NCBI GenBank assembly: GCA_013265495.1
Contig: MU058463.1
Span: 434,001-498,000 of the forward strand
DNA: 64,000 nucleotides
Direction of reading: 5' to 3'
Source of the DNA: Vicugna vicugna
Taxonomy: Eukaryota
Of the stretch, positions 53,345 to 64,000 are shown one piece after another. The notes under the pieces are model-generated. The model was not told the DNA's origin and ran no database searches. It saw only the letters and a list, made by a program, of their open reading frames with translations. Every line of letters starts with the position of its first letter. The stretch's first letter is position 1. The translations under genes were made by a program, and so were the position numbers.

Positions 53345-54590
53345 GCTGCTTTCAGGGGGTTTCAAACTTTAAATACTCTCAACCACTAAGACAACTATAG
53401 AAAGATAAACACTCAAAAACACTAAAGCATATCAAGATGGAATCCTAAATTAACATTCAAGTAAACTAGAAGGAGATAAAAGAGAAAGATAAGAGGAGGA
53501 ACAACAGAAGACCATGTATAAAATGGCAGATTTAAGTTCTAACATGACAATATTCACTTTAAATGTAAATGTTTATAATACACCAACTGAAAGGCAGAGA
53601 TTGGTAAGATGAATTTTTTTAAATGGCCCAACTATCTGCTGTTTAAAAAACAAAAAACAAACTTCAAATCCGATGACAGTTAGATTGAAAGTAAAAAAAA
53701 GAGAAATAAAACGACCTATCATGCAAACTTAAATTTAAAAAAAAAATTACACAAAGCAGGAGTGGATACAAATGTTAGATAGAAGAGAATTCAGAGCAAA
53801 GAAAATTACTACAGACAAAAGCGACATTAACCTAATGAGATCCATTTACCAGGAAGACATAACAATCCTGTAAGTCTATACACCAAACAAATATACATTA
53901 AGCAAAAATAGATGAAGATATATGGAGAAATAGATAAATCCACTGTCAGAGGTGAGGGCTTTTAAATCCCTTCTCAATAACTGATGGAACTAAGAGAGAA
54001 AATCACCATGGATACAGAGATTAGACAACACAATCCATCAAAGCAGCTAATTGACATTTCTCCCTAAATTGATCTGTAGGTTTGATGCATTTCTGTTAAA
54101 ACCCTCATTAAAAAGTTTCTCTTTTTTTGTAGAAATATACTAGTTTACTCTAAAACTTGTATGGAAAGTCACAATTTCTAGAATGGCTAAAGCAATCTTG
54201 AAAGAAAGAAGAAAGTAGGGACATCACTCTTTTCAATATTAAATCTTACTAAAACTATAGTAATCAAGAGTATGGTAAAGGCAGGATAGACATATTGAAT
54301 ACAGAACAGAACAGAGATTTTAGAAATAGATTCACAAAACCAGGTTGCGAGTTTTTTTTTTGACAAATTCACAGAAGTATTTTAATTGAGAAAGGATAGC
54401 CTTTTCAACAAATAGTGCTAGAGCAACTGAGCATTCAAAGGCAACAAAACAAAATTAAACCCAAAAAACAAACAAACAAAAAACCACTTTAATTAAACCA
54501 CACACACACGTTATGCAAATCAAAAGGGTCATGTACTCAAATTTAAAACAGAAAAATCAGTCAAAACCTAGAAAAAATTCATTACCAACA
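53345..54590 (+). mobile_element. Old L1 (L1MB/MC-like): ORF1 end and endonuclease region joined to post-RT ORF2 region
   Basis: 'ttcactttaaatgtaaatg...aaggcagagattgg...ccaactatctgctgtt' (EN) up to 'ctaattgacattt', then 'ccctaaattgatctgtaggtttgatgca...gctaaagcaatcttgaaa...ggatagccttttcaacaaatagtgct'. Confidence 0.85.
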
Positions 54591-55279
54591 GAACATAATT
54601 CACATATAAAATAAAACCTATTTCTTTTCCTTAAAATATTTTATTTATTTTCTGTTCAAACTGAATGATAAAGTGGTAATTCAGAAAATAATACAACAAA
54701 AAGACAAAAATGTAGTTTTTACTAAAATTTAAGTTAGTATGTGATACCATCTTTGGATCTTTTTAAAGTAACTTAGAAACATATTATCCAGAATTACTTG
54801 ATTTTACACAGAAGAAAATTCCTTTAATAACATCATATAAATATATTCAAAAACATGTATGTCTATACACTCAACAAAAATGAATTATTGTGAACTAACT
54901 TCTATTTAAAATTATATTTTAAAAACATAATGAAGTTTTGCAAAATAGGACTTATTATCATATGAGAGCTATTAATTTTTAAATCTGAAGCCTTTATGGT
55001 TGAGAAATCTTAAGTATAATTTAAATAATAGTGATGGAAAATTTTGAGTACTCTTTTAGCCACTTCTATTTGTGAACATATATATTATATATATACGTAT
55101 ATATATATAATACACTAATTAATAAAATAGAGTACACAATTCAATAGGACAAGAGGAGTATACATTGATTTTTTTGTTGACTCTACTGATGTGTAGAATA
55201 ATACTTTAAGATTCATTTGTTTCTCTGACACCCTGAAGTTTATATCATTTATGATATGGCACTGAGCAGGTCAGTATCA

Positions 55280-55860
55280 TCACATTTATTAAATACACTG
55301 AGTTACTATGATATATAGAAAATTACTTCTGTTGACAATATTTTAGTAGAGGATGCACTCCATAAATGTAAAGAGAGAAATAATTATCCAGTATAGGATA
55401 AAGTAAGTGGTATAAACTACAAGTGCTACAGAAGTTGTAAGAATTGAAGTCAATGCTAGAGCACTGAGGAAGTTTTATTTTAGAAGCAAGTCCTTAATCA
55501 GGTCTTGACAGACAGGAAATATTTTGGTGAGTGAAAAAACGAAACACAATCTTTCACAAAAATGTAAAAAAATTGAAAAATGATAAAGAGAAATAAATAT
55601 CTATGGCTTTGTATAGGGAAAATGAGAAAAACAGTTTGTTTAGAATTAAGGGATTTAGGGAAAATATAGTATGAAATACATTAGGAAAGGTATAATGCAG
55701 TAGACTATAATGGGTTATCACCCTAAGTGTTTTTGATTTTATTCAAAAGACACTAAAAACAGCTATTTTCCAGGGGATAAGACAGAGAAGTAATATGAAG
55801 AAGACTTAATTGTATAATCATGGAGCATAGTGATGAAAACTTGAACTTAATCTTGGCATC
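55280..55860 (-). mobile_element. L2 remnant
   Basis: 'tttattaaatacactgagttactatg...aagtgctacagaag...ggtcttgacagacaggaaat'. Confidence 0.5.
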
Positions 55861-57149
55861 AGAAATTGCTGATAGACTTAATTTTCTAAGTAGAAGTTAT
55901 AGGAAACCTCATTCCAAAATTCTACTGATTTCTTTTAGATGATTCACCCATCTATACCATAAATATTGGCTTCACAGCCATTTGGCAGGCCTGTATATGC
56001 ACTGAGTATACCATGATCGACAGAAGAGTCATAGCATCTTCATTTATAGAATCCAGAAGAACAGACAAATTGAAAGCAAGCAGATATATGTTCAGATCAT
56101 TTTCCCCTACCATGGTAAAAATTTCCCTAATTAACCCCACAAAAAGTTTGGTCCCTCCTGAATTATAACAGAACATTGAACATAATTTTGTCAATATGTT
56201 TATCTCAAGATTTTTTTTAAATTTACATTTCTACCTCTCAAACTAATGTGAGCCATTTATGTACAGAGATCTTAGCATTGTGAATACAATAGAACTTAAC
56301 TCAACTTTTAAATTTTGAAATGTGTTTATAAATGTGGGTGCCTGTACACAAATTTACACTTTCAGACATTGGTAGGTTCAATCTTCTACTCTTATCACTA
56401 TCTCTATTCTTATCAATGAGAAAGTAGAAGTTAAACTAGTCAAGGATTAGATCTCAATTGTCTAGCAAAATTTCCAGTGTTAATGAGCATATTTTTGGGG
56501 TCTTAAAATATTCTCTTCAACAGAGGTTGGCTACAGTATTCAGAAACTCTTGTTTGTTCAATCAGAGCCATCCATTTATAGGGTTGTACTATGCCTACAG
56601 TTATTTTGTCCTCCCCCCATAACAAAACCAATCAAAACACACAAGAAACAAATTTCCAAAGGTATCTATAATCCCTATGTTCAACACTGTATGGGCATAA
56701 AGCAATATCAATCAAACTTTGATTGTTTGAACACTTTCACCTCTACATTAATAAGATCTTTTTGCAATCAGTGTCCATGCTTCTTGACTTTACTCACTAT
56801 ATAGCACTCCTCCATGTCTGCACTACTGTCCCCATTTCTGTTTTATTTTATTTTTTAATTCACTGCTATGAATCTCATTTAATATTGGTTCTTATATAAC
56901 AAAGAAAATTCGCATAACTTGACATTATATCTAGTAGCACCCCTTTCTACTTACTGAATTAACTAAACTCAGAGTCATTTAAAACTTTTCACTAATTCTT
57001 TGGAGTATAAATTGTTCTTAACTATCAAGCTCAAATGCTTTTTCTTGACTCTTTTCTCCCATCTTTTTTTTTTTAATTTTATAAATAAAACACTACACTT
57101 TACTTTTAAAACCAAAAGAAAGGCAGCTGCAAAAATAACACCACTGAGG

Positions 57150-58070
57150 TCTTTAGAAGGTTCGTTGAGTAGTTGCAGCCTTGCTTCTCTCAGCCTGGCT
57201 TGCTCTCACATTTTTTTTCCCTCCAGGCTTCATGCTGCCCATGGCTTAGGGGAACCCACCATTACCATGGGTCCAGGCAAAGAGTCACAGGCACTGAGAA
57301 GAAAATCTGACAAGGACTCCAATGTGGGAGATGTGAATGGATTCTCCTGGGCAGAAGACTCACTCTGGAAATTTTCAGCCAATGGATGCTGATTTCTAAA
57401 TCCCTCCATAGTGCTAAGGAGGAACTTCTCCCTTGGAAGAATGGTCTTCTCTGCTGGAGGCATGATCCAAAGGCTTCCTCTTCATTTAGGTCCAGGAAAA
57501 TTCTGCACACTGGCTCAGGACAGCTTCTAGTAAGGACCCCAGGGATGGAGCACTTTGTTGGTCCTTCCTTTTCTTAGCTTCTGACGGTGTTGGCCATCTT
57601 TGGCCTGTAGTTGCATCAATTTCTGTCACATTTTTCATATGGACATCTCTCTGTGTAGGTCTGTGTCTTTGTGTGTCCAAATCCCCCTCTCCTTACATGC
57701 CTTAAATCCATTCATTGAATTGATAACATCTCCATTTTCCCCCAAGGTACTGCCTTCCTGTTGACCCAGGTGTCTTCAAATTAACCAAGTGTGCTTCCCA
57801 CATGCTATAAAGCCACTCCACACTTGACCCTCTGAAGGCTGCTGCCTAATACTTGTTGGGCTCTCTCTCTGTGAATTTAGCTTGAGAAACTGTAAGGTTT
57901 TTGGTACATTCTGTCTGGTTCTCCAGGCATGCAGTACCTCCTACTTTTAGGACCCGTGAATATAATAAATCTCTTTCACTTTATACATCTCTCTGTGCTA
58001 TTTATTATTCTGTATCTGTACCAGACTAATCATCAGAAAAACAAACAAAAAACAAACTTTAAGTAACGTA
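57150..58070 (+). mobile_element. LTR (ERV, family uncertain) interrupted by an MLT1 fragment
   Basis: TATA 'gctataaaag' near 57805, AATAAA at 57964-57969, U5-like 'ctttcactttatacatctctctgtg...gtaccagact'; GC-richer than its flanks. The 5' boundary is uncertain. Confidence 0.6.
57510..57730 (-). mobile_element. MaLR MLT1 internal LTR fragment
   Basis: 'tagcttctgacggtgttggccatctttggcctgtagttgcatc...tcatatggacatctctctgtgt...gtgtgtccaaatccccctctcctta'. Confidence 0.75.
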
Positions 58071-58915
58071 GTTATTCCTTACAAAACAGTCATTATCTTT
58101 TAGTTGTTTGACTTCCTACACATTATCTTTATAGAAAATAAAATCGGAGAATAATTGAGAACTTATTTGACAAGAGTATCTTTTTTGTTATGGACAGTAT
58201 GAAGAGACATAACTAAAGTGTATGTCCAGAGGTCTAATACAAAATTTGAAGCAGAGAGAAGAAACTGGTGTTGAATTTTGTGAATCAGAATTCTAGAGAC
58301 ACAAGCACACATCTTAAACAAGTTCAGGAAAAAAGCCAAACACAAAACTGAGAACAAACACGTAGAAAACAAGCAAGCAAATCTAGAGGCCTGATAACAT
58401 TTTCTAATAACAACAAAACAACAAATCTGGTATAAAAGTTTCATGCCTTCCTCAAAGGCATACAGAAGCAGTAGTGTTTTAAAGCTTCTGGCCATTTAAT
58501 AAGAGATCATAATAATGCAGGCAATTTTAGTGATGCAGCAAAATTAGTACATTTTGTTCCTTTGTTACAAAGGAACCTTAATTAGAGAAAATAAATAACA
58601 AGTAACTTATTTAAATGTCAATATTTCATAATATCATTAAAAACAGCCTGCTTAAAGTGAATAATGTAGTGGTCCATGCTTTATTTACAGGAATATGCCA
58701 ACACTTTGAGGAAATTTTCTCCCAAGAAAATAAATTCTCCACTATCAATTAAATATTAACCAGGATGCTGTTGCTTCCTAGAATTACTTAATAAAACACC
58801 AAATCAATCTACACTACTTTCATTTTTGAAACTGTAAAAGAAAACTGTGTTCCCTGAAGTACACTTAGAAAAAACTTGTTTTAAAAGTATAATTTAAGAA
58901 TCCATACATAAATAT

Positions 58916-59015
58916 GGTATTGGTTTGCTAGGTCTGTCTTAACAAGGTACCATAAACTGAGTGGCTTAAACAGAGAGAAATGCATTGTTTCACTGTTCTG
59001 GAGGCTAGGAATTGG
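58916..59015 (-). mobile_element. MaLR MLT1 LTR 3'-end fragment
   Basis: 'gtattggtttgctagg...aacaaggtaccataaactgagtggcttaaac...ctgttctggaggctagga'. Confidence 0.85.
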
Positions 59016-59115
59016 AGACTTTTTCTACAGCTGATTACAAAAAGTAGAAATATAGGGTTAATTGATCTGCACATTTATACATATTTTCAAGATGATTTCA
59101 AAAGCAATGGGATTT

Positions 59116-59322
59116 TTTCTGGATTTGTGTTTTTAATGTATGAATGTACTTATTTACTTACTTATTGAAATATAGTTGATTTATAATATTGTGTTAGTTT
59201 CAGGGGTACAGCAAAGTGATTCAGTTATTTATACATACATATAATTTTTTCAGATTCTTCTCCATTATATGTTATGAAAAGATATTCAATATAGTTCCCT
59301 GTGCTATACAGTAGGTCCTTGT
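59116..59322 (-). mobile_element. Cetartiodactyl-type L1 3' end with 16-bp TSD
   Basis: 'ttattgaaatatagttgatttataatattgtgttagtttcaggggtacagcaaagtgattcag...ttccctgtgctatacagtaggtccttgt'; TSD aaaagcaatgggattt (59100-59115) / aaaaacaacgggattt (59323-59338). Confidence 0.9.
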
Positions 59323-59547
59323 AAAAACAACGGGATTTAAAAATATATTTTAAATGTATAGGTTAAAATTTTCAATTTAAAATTTATATTTCTAAATATT
59401 TAATAATGCTTTAGAAAATATTTATTGGCATTTTGTATCAGTTCTATGATTAAAGTTTTATTAAGTGATTTTATATTTATTTTTTAACAAAATATTAACA
59501 AATTTCTATCACATTTTAAAAATACTCTTATGCATAGTTTTATATTT

Positions 59548-59850
59548 TAGACTAACTGACAAAGGAAACAGAGAGGAAATTCAAATCATCAACCTCAAGA
59601 ATGAAATCTGGGACATCATTATTCATTCTTTAGACATTGAAATGATAAGGAAACTATAAAAACAACTTTATTCTCCTGAATTCAACAATTTAGATGAAAT
59701 GGAAAAATTCCCTGAAAAATACACATTACCAAAATTCATTGAAAAAGAAATATATATTCTTAATGTTCCTCTATAAATTAAAATAATCAATAGTTTCAAG
59801 TCTTTAAAAAGAAAAAGTTTAGGCTTAGATGCTTTCACTAATGATTTTTT
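59548..59850 (+). mobile_element. Old L1 ORF2 internal fragment
   Basis: 'caacaatttagatgaaatggaaaaattccctgaaaaatacacattaccaaaatt...ggcttagatgctttcactaatga'. Confidence 0.8.
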
Positions 59851-60939
59851 TTACTAATGAAAAAATTCATTGTTTAAGTCAAAACATTTGAAATATTCAA
59901 AACTAACTTTATTTAAGAAATAACTAACATATTAAAAAACGTTGATATTTTGTTCAGTGTTTCTTTGTGCTGCTTGCGGCCATCGTGTGTTGAAACTTAA
60001 GAACTCTTGTAAATTTATGTGGGTAATTACTCATCTTTAAAAAAAATTCAACATGTCAAATGGAATTATCTGTTGACTTTCTCAGGAAGGTAGTTTTTGA
60101 CACAATGTACTTTTATTATTTTCCTGCATCAAAGCTAGGTAATATTTTTAAATGATTAAGAAATTGCTTACTAAAATTAAATATGAATTATTACAATAAC
60201 AGTGAATTATTACACAAATGAAACATGGATCACTAATATACCTATTGTTAGGTCAAATGATGTCACTTTCACAAGGAAGTCAGTATAATCTCAAAACTCA
60301 GAACTGAATAAGTTATATTTATTTTTTCATAATATGATGCTGTACCTAAACTATCAAATCATTTTAATATAGAGTTAAGCCCAATAGAGCCATTTTTGCA
60401 TTGTTAAATCTAAAACTTAGGAAATTGCAGTCATGGATTTATTTGTTGCCGTAATATAGTCTGCATATTGAAGTAAATAATACCAGATTGTTGAACAAAA
60501 AGAAAACGTATTACATTGTTCATCTTCTAAATACTAATGAATGTCAACTTGTGTTCTAATGATCTCTCTAAGGGGAAGCCTATTGATCAAGAAAAGGCTA
60601 GACACTAGAAAAAAAGAGTCTCAGGGTAGCAATTCTATGCTAGTCATAAAGCAAATTATAATCAAACCCATGATGGTTTGTTCTTTTTACAGAACACAAG
60701 TTTAAATATATTAAAATTCATAACAACGAATTTATTTTTAAGAAAGTTCTGTTTACAGAGTTCTTTAATTTGGGTGGAAGGCATAGAGTGAAAAATAACA
60801 AGTTTGGGACATATCTGATGACATATTTCTGGTTTAATGAGGTCAACTTTTGATGTTTCAATATTATATTGTCCAAAAATGAATAGAGTTAGCCACTATA
60901 TAAATGAAAAATAATACAAATCCAGGAAGAGATAGATGA

Positions 60940-61260
60940 TTTTAACTCATCAAAAAATACTTCTGATCATGTGCTAGAGGCCAGATCCAGCCCAAGGAGG
61001 ATGGTATATATCAGAGAGCAAAACTGATGAAAATATCTACCATCTTACATTCTAGCAGAGGTCAATAGACACTTTTTAAAAAATTATAAGTAATAAAATC
61101 ATATAAATACTGGGAAATAATAAGTTCTAACAGAAAAAAATAGGAAAATTACAATAAGGTAAGGGAGATTGGGAGGAATAAGGTTATTAAGTTTTATAAG
61201 GGGGGTCATGATCAGCATTTTTAAGAAGATGGTAAGTGAGCAAGTATTTGAAGAGTGTAA
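60940..61260 (-). mobile_element. L2a fragment
   Basis: 'cttacattctagcagagg...agacac', 'tttaagaagatggtaagtgagcaagtatttgaag'. Confidence 0.6.
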
Positions 61261-63580
61261 CACAAAGCTGAAAAGAACATAAAAGTGGATTTTCTTTGAA
61301 CTATTCAAAGAGTACTTCCTAAACCACACATTCCTTTATAAATCTTGGGCCCCAGTGATTTGACACAGAAAAGATAGCCTAAAAACCAGAAATTGAGTCC
61401 TAGTGGTTTACACAAATTAATATTTTTGAGGAACTATGGAATTCGTTGAAGTTCACTTAAAGAGATTTTTAGGAGATTCTCATTCCTATGATTCTTTCTA
61501 CATACAAGAGAGTGTGATAGGCAACCAATCATACTGTAAATAGAGTTGTTAGCTACCAAAGTTGTGTAGCCTTCAAGGGAAGTCACACCTTGAAGTCCTG
61601 TGAGTTGGTACTAGACTGAGCAGGGTCTCAGTAATAATGCTAATGGCATTCCTCTCTGAAATGTCTTCTTTCAATAGGCAACCTCACCAAGAAAACATAC
61701 AGAGAAACATACAGGGCAGAGATGCAGAGAAACCTTGTGACAAAAGAAAGAAGAGGATAACCTGAAATGATGTGATTCTTCCCAAAGCAACAGGATTCTT
61801 TAACTCTATCATAAGATACAAGCAACCAGAATAACAGCATTCTACACAGCATAATATTTTAGACAGCATAAGAGTTTTGCCAAAAAGAGAAAGAACAACA
61901 ACAAAATTAACACCATTTTCCACTTCATTCCTCAGAAGCCCCTATCTCACTACATAGGCATCCATGTTTTCAGTTAATATATGGAGAGAGTTTTTACAGC
62001 ATTCAAATAGAACTTGAGGTTATGGAAGAATAAATATGTTGACTGGGAACAAATACAAAGAATCTATTTACTTACGGATAAATAAATATTACTCAATAAA
62101 ACGTCTAAAATATAATGAAGTAGAATAAAACATATAATACTCAGGTGGTTGATAAGAAGAAAATATTAAGGAAATTAATTTACATTATTCCATGATTCAA
62201 CCTATAATCCAGACTATTCTTGGGCTCTCTTTTAGCTTTATTCCCCTTCTCTTTAAGATATCAGCATCACTGAAGGTCTATCCTCAGAGAGTGCCCCTCA
62301 CTTCTGCCTACAGCCTGTGAAATATGCTTTCAAGTTTGCCTGTCCTCCTCTGCTTCTGGAACCCACTGGGAAATGGTCTGCCTGGACGCTGCCACACTAC
62401 CCCTCTGCTTCTAAAGCATTAGCACAGCAGACAGGGTAAAAACATATGCACATTTCCTTCCTGAATCATTACTTGTGGGTATCTAAATAGAAAAGTACAA
62501 CATAATCAAACTTTAGATTTCTGAGATGGTTTGAACTTACCTTTAATTTCATGCTATAGGAACTTAAAACTTTTAGGCTTCCACAATGCTTTCTGTCCTC
62601 TAAACTGGCTTGGCTACCCTAAATTCATGACACCAAGTATTCACCAAGTATCCCAGGCAGTTTTTTTTATTACAGAATAGGTGCATTAATCACATGTTCA
62701 AGGTACCTGAAGAAGAGAATTTTTAAAAATCAGAACACAAGTATATTTTGGAAATAGTTTCCCATAGCATATATATCACAAATGTGGGTGAAGTTGTCTT
62801 CTATGTAAAGTCAGAAATTTGGAAGATCTTCTTAGATATATATTTAATACATGTGGTAGTGCAGTCCTAAAACATTCAGTTCTTATAGCCTCAATAGGAC
62901 CCAGATCATTACTGCTGAAAGAAAAACCCAGTTCAAATGCTGTAAAGAGCATTTTATCTTCCATAGTTCCTTTTAGGTTTTCAATAAAGTTAAACAGTAG
63001 GGCTACTGCTTTCTTTTCTTTCTGACATACGTAGTGAAAACATTACATAGGATACATATAACTTAAGATTTGTTCAAGAAGATCACAGTTATAAAGCATC
63101 TGAGGTAAAAATATTTCTGTTATTAACAAGGATTTGGAATTGCTCTCGGAGACATGAATTATGTTGGGAAGATGCTGTCAATTTGCTGATGAACCCATGC
63201 AACTATGGGCATCACAATCAGCCACAGTCATTTCATTTACTTTTTGTAAACACTGATTATTTGCATGTGCATGTGTGATTTTAAATGTTTATAATAGTTA
63301 AAAATATTTATAAAACATATATCTGTGTAACTACTTTTTGGACAAAGATCTTTAGTGCCAGAAATTTAGAAATCACTGTAGACACTCAAAAAGCTCATAA
63401 ATCAACCCTTCCTCTAGTCTCCTGATGAACCCTTCTGATTATTTTAAATTACCTTAACTACACATTTGGCTATTGCAAATATACCATGTTATTATTGTAC
63501 ACATTTTATTATATTATTGTACATAATCCTAATGCTTTGTCAAGTGCCTTTAAAGTATGGCTCATTAAAGTAATTTGAAT

Positions 63581-63824
63581 CAGGGCAGTGTTGAGGGTAA
63601 GGTGGGTGTGTCACTCCTCATTCTCTTCAGGCACAAAATGTACAAACAGGGAACCAAATTTCAATAATAAAGTAAGTGATATTTTAATACAATTTTTGAA
63701 AACCAAACAAATTCAATGTGAAAAGCTTCATGATTTTAAAATACCAAAATTCTAAACAAAGTTCAGTTCACACCTTTCAGCTGCATAAGTTTTCCTCACT
63801 AGCCTTACCAAAAACTTGGCCCTT
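63581..63824. mobile_element. MER96B-like hAT MITE
   Basis: 'cagggcagtgttgagggtaagg...caggcacaaaat...gatattttaatacaatttt...cctcactagccttacc...ggccct', with imperfect terminal inverted repeats. Confidence 0.65.
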
Positions 63825-64000
63825 GGTGGGGTACATTTTTCCTCAAAATTGATACTGAGATTGCCCATGTGTCTTGCTTTGATAAGTGGAATTGGAGCAT
63901 ATGTCAAGCAGAGAGAGTTCAAATGTGAATATGTAATTTGGCTTGACGTCTATTTTCTATGGTCCTGAATAAGAAGGACAAACCTGGAGAGCAGCATGTC

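Noticed and set aside
55940..56194. Overlapping open frames on both strands
   Set aside because: Neither peptide is recognisable and there is no convincing splice-site pair.
61680..61775. Possible minus-strand exon (catttcAG ... GTGAGG)
   Set aside because: Poor pyrimidine tract and low-complexity content; likely chance.
882..63025. All ORFs in the supplied six-frame track as standalone genes
   Set aside because: All are 130 aa or shorter, compositionally biased (F/L/I/Y/K from AT-rich DNA), many start at non-ATG codons, many overlap decayed repeats, and none resembles a protein I recognise.

Overview
AT-rich, gene-poor mammalian genomic DNA, intergenic or deep intronic. It is very probably camelid: it carries a tRNA-Ala-derived Vic-1-type SINE, cetartiodactyl/camelid-type L1 3' ends, a short Tigger1 derivative and a MER41-like ERV1 LTR. 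I can support no protein-coding gene, RNA gene or CRISPR array; the supplied ORFs are short, low-complexity or repeat-derived. The window is a layered mosaic of old (L2, MIR, L1M/L1ME, MaLR, ERVL, hAT, Tigger) and younger (L1 3' ends with target-site duplications, solo ERV1 LTRs, SINE) insertions. Repeat family names come from recalled consensus sequences, not a database search, and boundaries of old repeats are approximate. I did not find a convincing novel biological system. The best second-look items are a twin-primed inverted L1, very short L1 insertions with perfect TSDs, two well-preserved solo LTRs, a tail-to-tail L2 junction with a palindrome, hairpin-containing tandem duplications and a few isolated exon-like splice-site pairs that could belong to a non-coding transcript.
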